A stretch of DNA of 64,000 nucleotides from Botryllus schlosseri. Its lineage: Eukaryota. Each line of letters starts with the position of its first letter. Within the stretch, counting starts at the first letter, position 1. Made by a program: the position numbers and the translations under genes. The stretch spans positions 16,616,001-16,680,000 of the forward strand of contig CM119379.1 of NCBI GenBank assembly GCA_051294905.1, given 5' to 3'. Shown here piece by piece: positions 15,001 through 30,000 of the stretch. A model generated the notes under the pieces. That model did not search any database. It had not been told where the DNA came from and worked only from the letters and a program-made list of their open reading frames with translations.

Positions 15001-18000
15001 TGGAGTTTTTTGAGCTCACCAACATTGCCAACACGGCCGGCGCGATTAAGGTAACTCTTCATGGCCGTTTCTTTTGTTTTTACCATTTCGAAAACATGTT
15101 GCATGTGGATATTCTCACTCTGATCTGATGCCTAGTGTATTCATCTTATCTGAAGGGTCTAATGCGATTAATACTTGCACCCGGCGTGTCGAAATTGCTT
15201 ACAGGATTATGTAGCGAAACGCACGAAACAGTTGATGCATTATTGCAACACCAATGTCTGTACCAAAAAAGTTATTGATCAGTTCTGGCCCCCTATACCG
15301 GCAACCTATTATAATTATTTAACTTGGCGCTCACCGCGAACAAGCTAAGAGATATTGAAAGTTCCCATCGGTCACGACACAATGCGTGTTAGTGGGATGA
15401 CAAAAGTATCTTCTTCCCCGGCCCGAACCCGAACCGTATTTGAAATTTGATACTTCAGCCTGCACACGTTGATTAGTTGATTCGTCATGGTGCCCAATTT
15501 AGGACCGAAATATTCTTCAATGTTGAACGTGAACCGGAAAGGCTCATCCAGACTTCCATCTCTGTTTCGCTGTATATTTCGAATACCTGACCGCGCGCCG
15601 CGTATATATAGGCTTTTGAGTGTAGTTTCAAGTCCCATCATCTCTTCGAGAATTGGTAACGATGAAGGCAAGACTTATGATTTACCAATAATGTTTGATG
15701 TCGCTGATGGGGTAAATCCCGCAAAGCGCGAACAAAATTTCAGGTTGTTGAATCAAATTTTGTGAAAAATATCCATCTGCAAAGACATGTTTCAACGATT
15801 TTAATGTTTTTCGTCTCTTCTCTCAGCGCACTTCAGCTTGGCTTAAACCTATAGCACATTGTAAGCTAAATTAGAAACCAAATTTTCTGGCCGCGCAACC
15901 TTCTCTATATGGGCAGCATTTTACACACCCCTGTCCAAGATGACTCCGTAAAATCACAGATACCATCGATATCAACAAATGCGCATCGCAGTTCCAACCG
16001 CGTCTTCACACGCGGCGCTCGCGTTTGCTGACATTTCGCCAACACACTGGCGGCGATTGTGATCGGCGTCTCAGTAAAACGGGCGCTTTGATTGACGTCG
16101 CTAACCGGATGGATGACGTATTTGACTATGCTTTATGCGAGATGGGTATCACGAGTCGTTACTGTGACGGGATCTAGCTGTCGCGCTCGTTTATCTTGTT
16201 CACGGCTTGGCCGTGTTCAACCGGAGATGCAGTGTTAGTCAATCTGCCAATTTCATAAGATTGCGGTCAAGTTTTGGATTGGCGGAGCATGTGAGACGTG
16301 AGTGTGAGTGACGCTTATAGCTCGACATCGGATTCATTGCCGAAATGTGCATGCAGTCTCAATTGCGTGATCGTACTAGGCTTGTACAACCAGATAATTC
16401 TACTTGCTTAAATAGACTAGTCAGAGCGAAATGCTGGTAATCTAATTAGAATCTAATTTGTGAAATGTTTCTATGCTGTAATTTTAATTTTAATCTAATT
16501 CCTGCTTTTCCGGAAAACTACCACAGAGTGCGAAACGAGCCAAGTTTGCTGTACAGACATTTGCCATTCTCGCGCATGATTGCACCCGGTTGATTGCATT
16601 GTTACGTCACGCCGCAGCCGTCAAAGTTATTTCGCTACCGTTGTTGTGGGCGATTGACGGCCATGGCTAAACAAATACATATAATCACGCCCATTCGTGA
16701 AATTTAAACGAATATTTCCAATTGTCTTTCACAGATCGTGAACAACCAAAGCTTGAACGCACGGCCGTTTTACAACCTCACCGTGCGCGTGCACGATGCC
16801 GATACCGACAGCGAGAGATTCGCGCTGGCGAGCATTATCATTGTAGTCAACTCGGGAGAAAACCACCCGCCCGTCTTCGACCAGAGCCATTACGAAGTAA
16901 CCATGTCGGAAACGGTACCGGTGGGCAGCGTTGTGGTCCATGTCCACGCCGCTGACGATGACGCGGGGCTGAATGGGCGATTAGTGTACAGGTATTTGTA
17001 TTGCATTTTTAACACCGAAGAATATGCTTAGCACAAAACCTACGAAATCTGGATTGCGTTCGAAAAAAAGCGTTAGGTACATTCCTTGTAAATGTTTCCT
17101 TATTCGTATTGTTATTGAAGTAAAATGTGGATTCCTGGATCATGACACACGCAACAATTACGGTAATGATAGGGTCTCGCGCTATGCAACTATTTTATCA
17201 TTGTTTTGAAACAATGAAATTTTGATGCGTGATCTTGGAAATGCGCCACTTCCGTTATCATTGTGAATTAGCCCTCACGTAATTTACGGCGGTTCAATTT
17301 GGATATTCTTGTTTCTAATTATTTCTGGATTACAGCGCCCGTTTTATTTTTGCTTTCGATTATTCCGTGACAGTCTACGTGACGTTGATTGCTGCGTCAT
17401 ATTTTCGTACCGATGATAATCCGTAATAGTTTCGCTACTAATATGCCAACGCAAACTTTTGTCGCGACGTTGTAGACATCTCCTGCGTGTGTCTGCTAGT
17501 TGGAATTTCTTGGAGGTCGAAAATAAGTGCTTGGTGTAGATTGAGCCCGTGTTGCGCCATGATAACATTTTCGAATCGACCACTTGTGGCACTTAGCGAA
17601 ATTGGGCAATTACCGGATTGGTGTATTTGTCGCGAAATTATAGCGTGCGATATGAAAAAATATTTGTGTTGCGCCAGTGCTCGCAATTAATAAAGGACAT
17701 CGCAATAGACAAGGGTAGTTCTGTAATCAAAGCGCAAGGCGAATTTGGAATTCACGTGTCTTCCTTCTCAAACTTTTCTCTTAGAATACCAATGTAATAT
17801 TTAGATAGGTGTACTTCAAAACATATCAAGATTAGATTTTTCACTACTTGTTACGTGAATATTTGCATATATGCATAATGCTTAGTATTTGGTCGTGTGT
17901 GGCATTTAAACGGCATACTTTTACTTCAATATCACCATGCAACTTGCAATTTTTCTAGACCATGTGAAGTCTGTGCGATATGTCATAATACAGTAGTTTC

Positions 18001-21000
18001 CTTGAAAGCCAATGTTGATTTCGAACCAGAGTTTTCAAATTCAACGATGTCTGCCCGCCAAAATCCGAAAAACTCTATTTGCCCGAGTCATTCGTTATTT
18101 ACCGTATTGATTTTATATTTAGTGCATTGTGTATACAAATTAACAACAACAATTCATACTCTCCGTAATTAATGTCACTTAATTTCCATCAACATGCTTG
18201 TAATCTGATGCTAAGCAAGTTCATTCATAGTTTACAATAGATGCAACTCGTGTGTGATGTCACTATGACGTTCGCGTGTGCCTTGCCGTCTGCGCATAAC
18301 AGTTTGTCCCGTGTGCAAGCACTTTATAGTCCTTCTGCTACTGTATTAATAGCATTACAAAGCCGCAGGGTATGATTGATTCTTCACTTTGACATACTCA
18401 TAAGTCGATTGTCCTCGCCTTTACACGGTAGTCATTTATGACTAATACTCTATTTCGCACGCTATCGTATGTATGAGCTTGGGTCGCTGGGTGATATCAC
18501 GAATTGTCGGCTGCGTGTATTAGCCGCTCCGCCACGTTTTCCGATGTGATACGTCGCTTCGTTTTGGATATTTCTTTTGTTTTACCATTGCAATTTAATA
18601 GTTTACACATGTACGGAAAGGATTAAGCCTGTAATTTTACGTTTGATGCTTCCGACACCTCATATTTTGTCATCAAAATTGACTTGCCTGCAAACGCGTG
18701 ATGATGAATAACAAGTCTTCAAATCACATCTATCATTCGATCCATCAGATGTAAAGAGTGTACGCATAATTTCTTTACGTATATACCTTCCGCCCATAGG
18801 TTATTTCGCGCGATTTAGGTTAAACACTGTGTCTTCACCCTGTAATCATACCTCACAAGTTCATGGGAACATCTCAACTACAGGATATAAGTGTGGTCTA
18901 CTTGATTATAAGGAAGCGTCGCCTTATCATCTTCTATTCGGCGGCAATTTTCCGTGTCGGCGGTCGACTCGCGATTTTGACGTACGGCGGTATTGTTGCG
19001 GGAGAATGGGTAGCGGAGATATTACGACTAGTTCCGCTAATGTCGGCGGAAAAGATTCCTCAGCTGTGATGATGATAGTGAAAGTCGGGGAAAACGAATC
19101 AAATTCAGGTTGATCTAAAAATGGTTCCACCACCCACCAATTTCTCGGAGCTCCTACGTAACCGAACTCTTAATTAGATGTCTGCAAGCGATAAGTTGTA
19201 AATAAACATCCACCCGTATTGCCGGAGTGGAGAATCACACAACGCGACTGATCTATAAAGCCCACATGCCTCCAATGCACCGCAGAAACGCGCAGTGGAA
19301 GGCAGCTCGCTTTCATCCAGTCGTACATAATATTTATGGTTCATGCGTTCAGTTAATCGCGGGATTGGTAACAATTCATGCATCGTATTCTTATGATGAC
19401 AAATCTCTGTGACTGGTCGATTGTACATTTTCGGATGGGAAGCGAATTGCCAATCATGTGTCATGAATCATACGCAGTCCTTTTCGACCCAAAAAACATA
19501 CAGAAATCGCCATGCGCGATTCGTCAATTCGGATGATTACACGAATGTCAAGGTCAGAGATTCTCAACTGCGCGCGCGCAGATGTACTCGAAGGGAATCC
19601 AATCAGCGCTGTATCTATTTTGCGTGTCACGGTTATCCAATTTCAGCGAAAATCCCTCTTTAATCCGTAATCCGCTAGATCCAATTGCATCCTTCTTATC
19701 ACTTTCCCTTCCTCGATTTAGCATTTCCGGAGGGAACAGCCGGGGCTGGTTTCTCATCGACAAAAGCACGGGCTTAATCACGACCACGTCATCGCTACAT
19801 TTCGAACAGACCGCCGCCAACGGCACCGTGACCCTTGACATCGTCGCGAAAGACGAAACCAAAAAAGCCCTGTCCGACGAGGCGACACTCGTAATTAGGA
19901 TACGAGACGAAAATGATAACGCGCCCGTTTTTGCGATGCCGAGATACTATTTCAACGTCACGGAAAACCGGGTGAACGCAATAGGCGAAATCATAGCCAC
20001 GGATGACGATTACGGAGTAAACGGCGACGTATTTTACGGCATGGAATCCTGTCAATGTATCGGCGATGTACACATGACTCGAGACACTGAGCCCTTTGAA
20101 ATACGGGCCGACGGATTAATCAAAACTACCGCGCCTTTGGATCGTGAATTTTGCGCGGAGTACAGCGTGCAAGCTTGGGCTACCGACTCAGGATCACCGC
20201 CTCTCAAAACTACAGTCGAAATCCTCGTCAAGGTGATAGATGTCAACGATAATCCGCCTGTTACGTACCCGTCCAGATATTTTACGGTTATTAAGCCGGG
20301 CACTCCGGTAGGCGAGGTTGTGGATCACGTCAGCGCGAGCGATTTGGACATTTCCGATCTAAACAGGCTGACTTACAGTATGGCATCGACCAGTAGGTTT
20401 TTTCGCGTGGCTGAAAATACAGGGGCCTTGTCGCTATCGCGAAGCGTGGCCGGCCTAAACGGGGCGAACCACACGCTCGAAATTGTCGCCAGGGACTTGA
20501 GTGGGCAGGTTTCAAACACTGCTTTCGTAACGGTGCTGATCAGAACCGCCGTCAACACTGCCGCGTCGTTTACGAAGGCCGCTTACGAGTATTACATACA
20601 GGAAGATGAAGGCGATGGATATTCTGTCGGAGTTGTGGAGTTGGAAAATCTATTTGGAGTGGACGCCACGTTCTATGTTACAGAAGGAAACCCCGACTCT
20701 GCGTTTAGAATTGACGACTTCAACGGCATGTTGTACGTCGAAAATTCCACTATGTTAGATGCGGAAATATCGACGGTTAGAAATTTGACAATCGTGGCTG
20801 AACTGCGGGACGCAAGCACCCACAATGGAGTAGGGTATATCACGACGCGATGCACGGTGCGCATTGTCGACGTGAACGACAATTTCCCGTATTTTGTGTC
20901 TCTGCCGCAAACCGCGTCTAAATCGGGCGATAATTCGTACGAAGACGCGGTCTCTGTAATCCTAAGCGGCAATTTCGAAAGGAAGTTCATCTACAACGCC

Positions 21001-24000
21001 AAAGCTGACGACGATGACGTCACGTCACGTGATCGCGATGTAATATATGAAGTGCGATCTTCGTTTCCCGGGTTTGAAATCGATCCGACTACCGGAGTAT
21101 TGTATCACACACTCGTACATGCACTGGATGGCGGACACAATAACTTGACGACACAGCTCGAAATCTCAGCTTGTGACATGATGGGAATTCAGAAATGTGC
21201 CAAACTCCTTCTCGGAGTTACCCTCGTTTTGGTTGACAATATCATTTCGCAGCCCGCGGAAAATATTTACACTGCCTTACCGGAAAGCGCCCCGGTGGGA
21301 TCTCCAATCGGACTTGTTCCCGAATTGAGTGGTCTAGCCGACTCATTTGCGGTCAGCCACGACTTAATTTCTGACACTCCGTTCCGCGTTTACCCGCGAG
21401 GCGAAATTATAATATCCGATGAGTCGGATTATGAAAAATTAACTGGCTATCAACTGGCCGTTACCACGAATGTAAAAACGCACGACAAAGAATACCGGAA
21501 GCGATCGTGGCTAACTATGGCGGTGGAAGATGTTAACGATAATTCCCCGACTCCCACGCAAAGTGAATTCCAATTCGCGATAAAAGAATCCGCCCTACCC
21601 GGCGATCACGTGGGTACGGTCCGCGCTTATGACCTAGACAGCGGAATTCACGGTGCTGTGGTGTACGAAATACCGAAAATGGCCAACAGATACGAGACGG
21701 ATCTGTTTTACTGTGACGCTTTCACGGGTGATATCTACCTGACGCAAAGACCAGACAGAAATCTTCTACAGCTGCTCAATTTACGATCTGGTGAAATTGA
21801 CCTTAACATCGTCGCGTCGGATCAAAACGGAGTGAACTCCACCTTGTCCGAAGTGCGAAAATCAGTGTTGACGGCGCAAATATCGATGCAATTCGATAAC
21901 AGATATCCCATGTACTTCAAAACGAATACTTACTACGTCGAAGTCATGGAAAACCTTCACATTTCCGATATAATCACAGTACAAACGATGGACATGGACG
22001 AGTTGTGGGTAACGAATCCACCGATGGTACATTACGGACTACAAGTCGCCGGTACCGGCGAAGAACCTGAATCTTTCCGAATCGGGAAAGACACCGGAAT
22101 CGTAGGAATGAGAAACAGCGTACAACTCGACAGGGAAGAATCTGAATTCCATCATCTCATCGTACGGGCCAAATACGCCGACGGCACAGAGGAAGCGACC
22201 TCGAACTTATACATCAGAGTCCTAGACGAGAAAGACGCACCGCCCGTGTTTACAGCGGACAGCTACCGATTCCAAATACGAGAGAAGTCACTTACGCGAG
22301 CTCCGATTGGACGAGTCGAAGCACGTGACGGTGACGTCACAACAGAAAGAACGAGGATCTCGTATCGGTTCAATTCCGAGACGAGAGAAAGGTTCGAGAT
22401 TGACGAAAACAGCGGGTTCCTGTTTCTGTCGCGGCCTTTAGATTACTCGGAAGGGTCTGAGTATAACTTGATAATAGCCGCGATAGACGAGTCCGGTGCG
22501 GAATCCGAGGTGTCGGTTGTGATAAACGTTGAAAAAACAACCCAAGCAATCCCGCGAATCGTTTACAACGCGTTTAAAAACTTGAAAGAAGGGTATTACA
22601 GTGACGGCACTATAGTAGCCACTCCTGGGATCGCAGAATCTTACACCGGCACCCCGTTAACGTACTCAATAATCAGTCCTTCGGGTATACAGCGATCCGG
22701 AATGCCTTCCTATCATATTAACTCTGTAACGGGAGCGATTACAGTGACCGGTACAGTGGATCGTGAAGTGTCTGACCAATTAAAATTGACAGTCCGAGTC
22801 TCGGACGGCACGTCACAATTTAACGACATCCCAGTCGATGTGAAAGTCAACGATGTCAACGACAACGCGCCATTTTTCACGAGCCCGTCGTCCTACAAAT
22901 TTCGGCTGGAGTCAGCGTCTCGGGCCGGTGAGGCGATTGGAAGGGTGGTTGCTCGCGATAAAGATACGGGTCGCAACGGGCTTGTGTCGGTAAGCTTAGC
23001 TAATCCGGCGGACAGTAAATTTATGCTGGACGGAGACGGGTATCTTCTGGTGCGGTCGCCGTTGGATGTGACTACCGTGCTGCATGCCGTGGACATAATA
23101 GCCACGGATAAAGGTAAGTGCTATTTTGTTACGATCGTAGTCACCCAAAAGCATTTTTGATCTCGTGGTCTTCCATATATTATAGTCTAGCCGCCAATAT
23201 AGTGATAGATATAGCTTTTGGTTTGGTACTTCAGCAGTTTCGAGTGCGAAACTTGCTTTACACACATATTTATATGTGCGATAGTAATGAACATTTATTG
23301 ATAAAAGTACCCGACATTTATTCATACCATTTTATGCTGGTGATGGTAAAAATTAAAATATTCAAATATCCGAGTACAAAACTTACATTTAGCGACAAAC
23401 AGTATGTTTTATTGCCAATTTTGTTCCACTCTAAACTTTTCGACTTATTCTCATCAGGAGAAAACGTCAGCAAATGTGGTTAATGAAAACACTAATTATA
23501 GAAAAATGTTTGTCACTGCGGCGTAATCTTGACAAGTAAATAGACTCGCGAACTGTGCGTTGTTCTGTGGCGTTCGATAGTCTGTTTACTTATCATTGTA
23601 AAGTCGCAGCGAAAAAATTCCTAATATATTTGTAATTTGGTTAACCGTATTTACTGACGTTGGTCGTGATAACAGTCAGCCGAAAGGCTATAAGTGGAAT
23701 TACTTTGGCAATTAGAACATAATGTTTGTAGCGATATTAAAATATTCATTCACATTGTAACCATGTGGTATGCAGTATACGATTTGCAGTCGTTCTTGTA
23801 AAGCACGCGACTGCTGCATTTGTTATTCCCAATCACACATAACGTGGTTGACAATGCACGCGACAAGTTCTTAAAAGTATCAATAAGACCACTACATCTC
23901 ACATTTCCTATCCATATCTTCGACACACATAAAACAAAACATTATCAGGACCTTCAACATAGCATTTTTGCTACTTTTGTCCCTATTATTCAGTATTATT

Positions 24001-27000
24001 TGTTACAGTTTTTTGCTTGTTTGATGGTCCATCTTCGGATACAAATTACTATGTATTTTAGCTGTACCCGGTCTAATTGTATCGACTGTATACTTTCGCG
24101 TGTAACATCGTGACTATAACCACCTGGTGTTTGCGCTAAACTGCCTGCATCGCCTGTCGGCATTGTGCTGCGAACATGCCGGCAAGAATTGCTTGTTTAC
24201 GCGGATTCTTCATCTCAAATTAGTCGCCGCCGCAACGTTCAAAAGGTCGCGAGTGCCGTAATAGCTAACCCCGCAATGGGCAATATGTAGGAGATATCGT
24301 GCCGGAATCCTTGTGCCGTGTTTTGATTTCGATCCCAAACGAACAAGCCGCTGTATATTTAATCCCAGCCGTGACATTTTCACTGAAACGCAAATCGGTT
24401 TACGGTCATCAACGGTCATGTTTATGACATTTGGTGCGACAACGTTTCAGGCACGCCTCCGAAGTCAACGCGGACGACGGTCTACGTTCTGCTTTATTAC
24501 GAAATAGTGCAGGCGAAATCTGCGTCGCCAAAAGTGCATCTGTCCGAGACAGCCGGCGACAGTGTGCGCGTGACTACCATATCCGGCGGTTTGGAGAAGG
24601 TGAATATCAATACTGTGCTATTAGATAGCACAGGTGGTCAACAAAGATTGCTTATACTTTACCGGAGTACCTTACTTGCACTATTTACTCATGCAGTTGT
24701 GTTTTAGACTACTTTCCGTTTTTTAGCCAGAACTAGGCTTTGAATACTTCCGGATTCAAACTTTTTTCTGATACGGCCTGAGTTTGATTGGAGCCGAATT
24801 CCATTTGGAAAAATAAGGTCTAAGTCAGACTAGGGAATTTGTTGATCTGTCCCGCTCTAGTACACGCATGCAGAGCCAATTACAATAATTGGAAATATAT
24901 CTTCATAGTCATTGGTATATGTGACTCATATTCACCGATTGGAATAGGCGTGAAGGCAACATTTGGCCTGATTTGCGCCTTACGCTAATGTGGAAATCTA
25001 GTAAATACAGCTATTTTCAACCCATGTATTTACAGTGCGATACTAATTTCAGATTAGCCGAATAGGAAAATCGGCGATAAAACAGAGTTGACAATTGATT
25101 GATAGAATTTGACTGGCCTAATTATTTACACGTTTTCTAAGCAGTAAAGTTTTACGCGTCGCGTGACCTCCGACGACATTTCTCTTCGCATTTATCGCGT
25201 CACTTGACCGATCGCCTTTTCCGTCTGTTCAGAGTGGCAGCGCTCGTTTTTACCTGGGCGATGTAACCGGCGGCCCGCCCGACTACCGAGACGCCAACAC
25301 TCTGTTCTCGGTCGGCGCCAAGACCGGCGCCGTCGTGACCAAGTCGGCTCTGGATAATTTGCACGGGACTTACAGACTTGAAGTGTTCACGGTGGAGGAA
25401 GTCTCGCAAGGCAGACGGGCGCGGATATCAAGTCAAACTGTGAGTAGAGCACGACTTTTACGTTGTTGCGCGCTCTTCATATGTGTGAAATTGTGATACT
25501 TATGAATTGTGTGATATAGCCCCAATAACTGTTGAATATATTTTGGAAGATTGTATCTATTTGTAGTGTCATTTGTCGTTTTGCGTTCGTCGCGAAAACG
25601 TATCTAATGATTTCGAAAGTACATATAGCCACCAATCGATTAACTTCCAATAGTGGTCCGTGGACATATAAGCAATGAGCATGCAACACTATAGCATGCG
25701 ACATTATAGCATGCGACAATTGGGCAATGGGCATGCCACGCATGAGCATGTGGGCTAAATTTCGGGTTAGGGTGGGTTACGGATGGATTTATGGTTGGGT
25801 TAGCGTTAGGGTTAGGATTGGGGTTAGGATATATATAAGGGTTACTTTCAGGGCTATGTTTTGGGTTAGGGTAAGGTTTTGGGTTATAAAGTCACATGCC
25901 GAAGTGACGCATGCTGAAGTGTCCCATGCTGAACTGTCGTTTTCCGTTGTGTCGCATGCTCATATGTCGGGCAATCCCTAAAAGTATGCAAACCTCGACC
26001 AAATATAGGTCTTGAAACCAGTTACTTGAGTACTTTTCAGGTCTTTTATTTTCTGCTTCTACTTGCCGTAATTTTGACGCGTATTGGAAATAGCAACTTC
26101 TATACTTGTAATTGAGTAGAAATTTATGACGTCACGTCTACTTCTACTTGAGTAGCACTGCTGTGTACTTTGATCGCCTCTGCCTTTGACGCATTTGGTA
26201 AACATTTCGTTACGATAAAACACGAGTTAGTCTGTGCATGACCTGACCATTCTCCACCGCGTATCTATGTTGTCGACGAGGGCGTGAGTGTTTGTTTGTG
26301 AGATTCATGGTGTTTGTCGACTACCATGGTCATTTACACCAGGCCAATTTTCTTCATTTCTATTCTGTAGCTGCCGGAATTGTAGCACGGCCCAGTTCCG
26401 GGCTTTCTATAAGACACCGCTAACACGGGTGATATGGCGAGGAGGAGCCTAGATAAACTTCCAACACTTGGGTAGGAATTCTGGAGTCGAACCCGCAACC
26501 CATTGGTGTTGTAGCTGGGGATTATACCACTACGCCATCTCGCCACAAACGCACGAGTGTCGCGCACCAAACGCGAATAAGGATTAAAGAACTTTGTATG
26601 TAAACAGCGGGACGTGTCAGCTCATAATTTGATAGCGATCCACCAACTTGAAACGGGTTATACGGTGCTGGTTGACAAAAGTCACGAGCTAAATTTATCG
26701 AGTTTAAATCTGTATTTTAGTAAATCCCAACCGGGAGCAATACTTTGAACATAGTCATCCGCTAAGACTGTCAAGATGTTAGCAATATTTCAAACTTTTA
26801 ATGATACCGTAAAAGCTTTATCTGTTCAGGCCTGCATGGCTCTTTTATCCGATTTATAAACTATTTGAAATGTACCATGACTTAGCAGTTAGCACGGTTG
26901 ATATTGCGTGCGGCGCATGTCCATTCCTTCGGATTCCGTGGGAATCTAGATTATTAGATACACTTAGCGGAGTCTAATTAGCGAACCGCAAACATACGCT

Positions 27001-30000
27001 ACGCAAGGTAATTGGGAGATTACTGTGTCTGGCATTTACATTGGCGATTCGCCGCTTTTGCTTGTTTCTTGTTGACAATGGTTTATCGACTGTTGTAAAA
27101 CACGGGTATAGCCACGTTATCACGCACATCATGATTTTTGCAATCTATTTTAGAGCGGATGAAATTCCCTGGATTCAGCTTATTTGGATGCGATGGAATA
27201 CCATTTTCTCCTTGAACTTCTAATGTATAATTAATTGCTGTTTCATAAATAAAATCTCGCAAATACATACGTAACTGGGCACATCTTCAAAACAATAAAA
27301 ACTTCTTATCAATTAATCACATCATGACTTGTGTAATCGCAGGCAATAATCAGTCCGTGTTGTAACTAATTTTGATGCCTTTACATTGTGTATGCGATAG
27401 GGCATACGCCCTATATTCCCACGTTATTTATTCTATTGTCCAACCACACAATGCTTCGCCACGCACAATGTCGGTGATTTGAAATGGACGTCTAAAAGCT
27501 TCATCCACCCTTATTTGATATAACGCCTAGTGAGCTATTGATATTTCCACACTGTACATTTTCCAAGGTTTTATGCTCAACGTCATCGTACCTAGTGTGT
27601 TTTTTCGCAATTATCGCGGGAATGTTTCAGTGTTTTTAGTTACGTTAAGACTAGAATAGAAACGGACTATAGCCCCATGTAATTATGTCCTGTAATTTCA
27701 CGCCAGCGAACGGCTGCTTTACTATTCGCCCAACGGAGACATACTTTACAGAGCCTTTATGGGCGCGGCGACATATTGAATTGTTTCAAACCCATTCAGA
27801 TTTATCGCCAAGTGAATTGTTGCCCGGGGTATCTGGTTTCTAACGATCGTAGGCGGATAGTTATTAACTGAAATAACTGAGACCCGTGTTTGTATAGGAC
27901 TATAAACATATCGAAGAGTTCATGTAAAAGGTTTCTTATGTTACATTCGCCTTAATCGCATTGACGAGATTAGTAAAATTTTCATCGCCACGCTTCAACA
28001 CTTCCGTCTATTTAAAAATCGATATAATTTGGTTTTATCCTGCGATTTACATTTGAACCTTCGCGCAAACGTGCCCTTTGTAGCATCAGCTCAGATTTCG
28101 GCACTTGGTAACTTTGGAAAGCGTATCGTCACAACTCTCTGTTTCTTATTCGAGAATACTTAGCCGTTTGGTATCGCTTCCATTTCCAGGATGAAATCAT
28201 ACGCGTCAGTTACGTCATGTGTAATTTATATAGCACTTGTTTGCGATGTCCGCAACCGACGCGATGATAATGCGGCGAGGTATTGTCGATAAAGGCGCCG
28301 CCGTGTGATTGTAAGCCCGCGATTAATCGGGGGCCCGTTATTCTCAAGCATTTGCCCGTGACTTGGTGGGGATATGGCGGACGTGCCGTTCACGCCAAGC
28401 GCGAGAATTCGACCGGGATTGTTTCACGGCCGTTAAACGTAGAACGCATTCCTGAATCATGCCCTGAAAAAACAAACGCGCTACTTATGCGTCGCGAATC
28501 GGAAGCCATTATTAGAAATTGTTGTATTATTTTTCTCTCGTGAGCGCTCGTTATGTTCTTATCTCGAGCGGGCAGTGACAGCTTGGCATTTTCTGGCAAC
28601 GCGGGTCTGGAGTTCTCGGTAATTAGCGACACGTTGGCGAAAATTCTAGGAGGTAGTTTTGATTTGCGCTGAGACGCAAGTACGACTGCGAGCAACACCT
28701 AACGGCTATGTTGAATCATATTTGCGACACATACTAAGGCCAGTGGGCTACTAGGCAATTATATAGGCAGTAGTTGGCAAATTGGCTAAAGCTACCTACC
28801 TACCTCGCCTATGGTAGGGACCTGGGCATGCCGTAATGCAACATGGGATTACATCATTAGTTCATTACTGCTGCAATATATTCGTAAATTGCACCGTCCG
28901 GTGCTGATATAGATACATGTGTGTAGTGTGTGTCAGGCCACCCTGAGAGTCCTGCCCAACCTCACCTCAACTAAGCGTGACGAGCTTGGTCTGTGGATAC
29001 ATTCCAATTAGCTGTGTCACAATCGGCATTTATCGCGTAACAGAAGGGATGCGCGTGTCGTCAGATCGAATATGAACTTTAAAATCCGATTTGGGATTTC
29101 ATAACCCGACCATAAACAGCTTATAACTTGTAACCTACCGATAAGTAAACGAGATGATATATTTATCATCGTGTGCGTAAGTCAACTACTGGAGTTAGCG
29201 GTAGAAATGAACTTTTAACGCCTGGCCTTCACTAATCTAGCCCGCGATGTTGAGATTGGCCTCGGCGGGAAACACTTATAAAGCAAGAATCACTTGATGA
29301 AAAGGCTATTACCATAATTGCTCGATTGCTACTATTTTGGAAGCGAGCCCGTTACCGTTTCGGCTTTGTTGTCTCGGCTGGGTTTTCTCATTGCGCGCGT
29401 TTTACCTCGTGACTTTGCTTGATTACGGTGATCGTAATTAATTATCGCTTCGGTCTGAGCAAATGTGGAACATTCTGAAGAAAATTGACATTCTTCACCT
29501 CAAGTGTCATGCGCTTTAATGGTCTTTATTTTTGGATTGGCGGCATCGGTGCAGTCGCCGTGTTTGAATTTATGAGAGGTCTCGAGGTCATCTCGTGAGT
29601 ACCGGTAGCCGTCTCAAATTTTGACGCTACTTCGCTTGCGCTGCATTAATGAGTGTAGTGGGCAGTGGGCACACTCCGAAAAGTAGAAGTACTTCGTTTC
29701 TGACCACCTCCGTGTATAATGAATTGTATATGCATGCTTGCATGCGTCACCACCAAGTTTTCGTGAGTATTCGAGCGGATGATAGTTCACGCAAGTTAGT
29801 TAACACGGAAGTGTAAAGTACCTGCAATGTGTTGGTACTCAAACCATCTGATTCGATGCTCAAAAGACGTGCATCGATCGGAAATATCTGATTCTGATTT
29901 TAATCGGTGCTGGTCCGTACTGCCCATCCTTTTTTGCAATAGAGGCATTGGTTGTGTCGTCACTAGGGCTGGGCAAAATGATTCGAGTACTCGAATCTGA

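Noticed and set aside
25762-25885. True interstitial telomere or chromosome-fusion scar
   Set aside because: The tract is short, degenerate, single-orientation and enclosed by inverted arms, which fits a MITE better.
9330-29010. Scattered CATTCC (TEAD-like) and ACAAT (Sox-like) motifs suggesting Hippo feedback on Fat4
   Set aside because: The frequency is not obviously above chance for 5-6-mers; there is no conservation data to support it.
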